64,000 nucleotides of DNA from assembly GCA_020891255.1 (NCBI GenBank), contig BQFW01000005.1, positions 992,001 through 1,056,000 of the forward strand. Direction: 5' to 3'. This DNA comes from Entomortierella parvispora E1425 (Eukaryota > Fungi > Mortierellomycota). The notes under the pieces were generated by a model, which saw only the letters and a program-made list of their open reading frames with translations, did no database searches and was not told where the DNA came from. Positions 60,607 to 64,000 of this stretch are shown piece by piece. How positions within the stretch are numbered: the stretch's first letter is position 1; every line of letters begins with the position of its first letter. A program made the position numbers and the translations under genes.

Positions 60607-62149
60607 GCTCCTTGCCACTATGACCGCACCGATGCATCTTACTACCACTCAATTAATACCCATTCGTCATCATTAATAAACATTATCCAGTCATCTAACT
60701 CCTCTCGAGCACTACTTCATAACTTCTTGAAAGGATACAATATCATCATTCCTCTGTGAACATTCCTCCCTCCATAGGATACATCGTGCAATTTTGTTGC
60801 ACAACCACTATGGATTCACTAGTCATTTTGGACACCGTTGGCGTCTTTGAGAGACAATCGCCCCTACATGGCTCCATCGCATTTCCTAGCCAGATAAGAA
60901 GTGTACCATCATCGAAATTCTCCGTGCCAACTTTTCGCAGTCGATAACAACGATCTTCCAGTCGCGTCCCGCTAGCCCTCCCAAACCATAGCAACAACAC
61001 AGCTTCCTGTTCCATTCAAAACTAATAGCGAAAATGTTTTATCGGAGGCTGACCACTTCTTTGGCTGCAAGGTATCTAGAGAGACTCCAAGGGACCCTTG
61101 TCCCATTCCTTAAAATGGCTAGCTCCTTGAAAAGAATACCGTTGTGACAGTGCCACTTTGGAACGCCCAAATGCGCGCTGGACGCCGCTTTTTCTGAGTT
61201 TGGGCGACGACGCATCACCATGGACACCATTTTAGGCAGAATATTTCCCGATCAGTATGTGCAGCCCGACCAACGACAACCCTGATCTCCATCTCCCATC
61301 TACTTTGCACTGTGCTGCCACAGCCAACGGTCGACCGCAGAGCGCCGCTTTCCCTTAATCGGGGATTCTCAAAAACTCATTGGTCTCCCCATCTCTTTGT
61401 GTAACCTGATTCCGCCGTTTCTCCAGCAGGGAATCAGATTTCATTTTTTTGCGCACACTTTTCATTGAGACATAGACGCACTCCCCACTTTTGGGCAGTG
61501 CACTTGCTCTGTGCTCAAACATCAGCCGCTAACGGCCTGGCGCGTTCAGTGCCGCCGCACTTTTTCATGCGCATTTGGTAGGTTGGTCCTGTGCCGATTC
61601 AAAATTCAAAGAACCTGGAAAAATTGTGGGTACGAGGACAAACCGAATCCCCTCCCATTCAGGGAAACGAAACTAAGCATACCTTGCGCCCACGCGTCAT
61701 TTCACAGGGAAACACCGAAAACAAAATAAACAGGAGAGCTGGGGAAGACAATCCCGAGACAAGATAGACTGATCGTGGGTAATGAATGATAAGAACGGGA
61801 CTAGGCACAGCGCATGAAAATCGAGAAAGGCTTGAGATCACAGAATCGTAGGTTGTCTACATTCGCCCACAGTGGAGCCAGGGGCAAAAGCGTAGACTAG
61901 TCGCCTCTGGCTCTCCTCTAGGTACCTCGCCCGCTCAGTGCGGCGTCCTCACTTTGCAGCGCGGCGTCTTGGCGGATCTGCGGTGCCTCTAGGATCAAGT
62001 ATACGTAATGCAAAGAGTCGAAGGCAGAAACAGCCGAAGTGGATAGGCCTTCAAGGTATAAAAAGGAGGAGGTTTCGGCTTGTTCAAGCTCACTATCAAA
62101 CCATCTTCACCACTCTTCTCCACCTCTCCAAACAAAAAAAACCAACACC

Positions 62150-62503
62150 ATGAACTTCAAGTTTTTCCTCGGTATGCTCGCTCTTGTTGGCGCCGCCTCC
62201 GCTTCTTGCACCCAGCAGGCCGCGCAGAGCATGCCCTATGACGTCCAAGTCTTTGAGAACGACGACTGCTCTGGCAGAACGCTCCACATCCAGTGCGACT
62301 ATGACCACGAGGCCATTGGCACCACCAAGGACTACGGATTCAGCTACAATTCAGTCCTCGTCGGTAGCAAGTACGCGGTCACCCTTTACGATAACCAGTA
62401 CAAGGTGTCCAGGGCCTGGGGCAAGTCCGACAACTACTACTTCCAGTGGGGCAAGGTTCCCGCCGGCATGCAGTTTGTCATCTGGTGCCACGGCTCCGAG
62501 TAA
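62150..62503 (+). CDS. Small secreted protein (117 aa, 4 Cys), possibly beta/gamma-crystallin-like fold
   Basis: TATAAAAA at about 62057; signal peptide MNFKFFLGMLALVGAASA; strong C-ending codon bias; VQVFENDDCSG and NSVLVGSKYAVTLYD resemble Greek-key motifs. Confidence 0.85.
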   Translation: MNFKFFLGMLALVGAASASCTQQAAQSMPYDVQVFENDDCSGRTLHIQCDYDHEAIGTTKDYGFSYNSVLVGSKYAVTLYDNQYKVSRAWGKSDNYYFQWGKVPAGMQFVIWCHGSE

Positions 62504-62963
62504 GCTCGCTGGATCCGAAGCTTCACTGTCTATCTACACCGTTTCACTTGGGATTTCTAGTTAAGACTTCATTTGCCACTTCGCCGGCCTTCGATCAAAC
62601 GTATGATACAAATAACTTTTCAATAAACTTGATGTTTGTATGAATCGGCGCTTAACATTCAATGGCAACTGTGTACACTGAAGAGTGGATTAGAGATGTG
62701 GGGGCTTGTGGTTGTTCGTCTTTGGGTACCACTGTGCTCTGCAAGGAGCAGCAGCGATATACCAATGTGCGATCTGTCGTCAAGCGTCAAACACGTCTTG
62801 CTTTCGAATCATCTTGCGACATGTGTTGCTTGCAGTGCATTGGGTGAAAAGAAGATGGGAGGGGCCATTGGCACTTATGAAGAGGGTAGTTGAAGTGTTG
62901 TCATCCAGGGACGGGGACCATGTTGTCCAGATTTTTATTTCACGTGATGTCAAAAAAAGTTTA

Positions 62964-63040
62964 CGCCGTCCTAGTCTCTGGCTCCTGCGTACGGCCCCAA
63001 TCAAGGGCACAGTCCCCCCCCAGAATGCCAACCTACGCTG
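62964..63040 (+). pseudogene. Remnant of a FAD-monooxygenase last exon
   Basis: RRPSLWLLRTAPIKGTVPP versus SRPQLWFLPQAPVKGTVPP of the 58674 gene. Confidence 0.6.
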
Positions 63041-63390
63041 GGGCAGGGGATATCCTTCTGGTCGATCAACGAGAGCTACCGCCAGCAGCGTTGTGTAAGC
63101 CTGAGAATAGAAAAGGTATGGGCATGCTATTTATTGGGCAAGAGAAAGGGCTCTTGCAGAGAAAGTTGAGGGCTGTTTGTGGGTCTTTCGAAGGCATGCC
63201 ACACCAACGTACCCTGTCGGACAAACATGCAACAACGAGAGCGGCTAAAAAAATAATTATCTTGTGCATCGATTCGCCCTGTTAGCTTCTCTTTGTTCTT
63301 GGCTTCCTTTCTTTCTCTCTCTTTACTTCTTCCTCTTTCCATTCAACGCTGCCACTTCCTCCTCGCAACCATCCTCTCTTACCCATCGAC

Positions 63391-64000
63391 ATGACTAACA
63401 CTGAACTAGGGCCAAAGGTTCTCATTGTGGGTGCAGGCCTTGGCGGCTTGGTACTCGCCCTCATCCTTGAAAAAGCTAATATCGATTATGAAATATTTGA
63501 GCGAGCGACGGAGATCCGACCTTTGGGTGAGTGAGTAACTTTTTTTTTTTGCCCAAGGTACCTGTGGATCACATTACTTAAGAGGGGTCTCTTTCCTACC
63601 TCTATTCCTTATGATATGGTCGCTGTTTAATGCTATCCACAACTTTTAGGTGCTGCCATTGCCCTTGGTGTCAACGCCACCCCTTTTCTCAAGCAGCTGG
63701 GGCTTTTTGACGAGTTTGTATCCCTGTCCAAGGTTATCAAGACGATGGACAACTACAATGACCAGCGCGAGTTGGTTTTCACAATGGACTTTGGCCCAAC
63801 ACATGAGATGTAAAAAGGCACTGAAAAGAAGCTCTTGTAAAAAACGGTGGTCCCTTGACGGAAAAACTGATTATTGATTTGTTGTGTAAACAGGGGAGGA
63901 AGCGCCGGTTATGTGCTCGCCCGCTCGGTCCTGTATGATCTCTTGCTCCGACAGATCCCTGAGAACAAGATCCATTTAAAGAAACGAGTCTTGTCAGTTA
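63391..64000 (+). CDS. FAD-dependent monooxygenase, 5' part (runs off the window)
   Basis: MTNTELGPKVLIVGAGLGG..IFERATEIRPL|GAAIALGVNA..QLGLFDEF. Confidence 0.9.

Overview
Eukaryotic fungal DNA with GT-AG introns, probably Mortierellaceae (inferred from the tandem FAD-monooxygenase and F-box/LRR expansions). The main structure is a 16,010-bp element at 1620-17629, bounded by 84-bp terminal inverted repeats (77/84 identical) and a perfect 9-bp target-site duplication (AAAAAAATC), which is Mutator-like geometry. No DDE transposase is recognisable inside it. It contains: an apparently intact 5-exon prolyl oligopeptidase, a Helitron 3' end, a chromovirus remnant, and a spliced, frameshifted gene of about 1,200 codons joining an XPG/FEN1-type PIN nuclease to a Fanzor/TnpB-like RuvC and Zn-finger. 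That gene is cut exactly where the RuvC-III 'RD' motif is expected and joined to the 3'-terminal ~300 nt of 28S rRNA. Weaker relics of similar genes lie at 26-30 kb. The rest of the window holds a subtilisin and a decayed paralogue, two adjacent genes with SERTA-like motifs, DCTN4, KAE1, ELC1, an F-box/LRR gene, a chitin deacetylase, a bHLH factor, a small secreted crystallin-like protein, and an array of at least seven FAD-monooxygenase genes or remnants. All family assignments are motif recognition by eye; no database searches were run.
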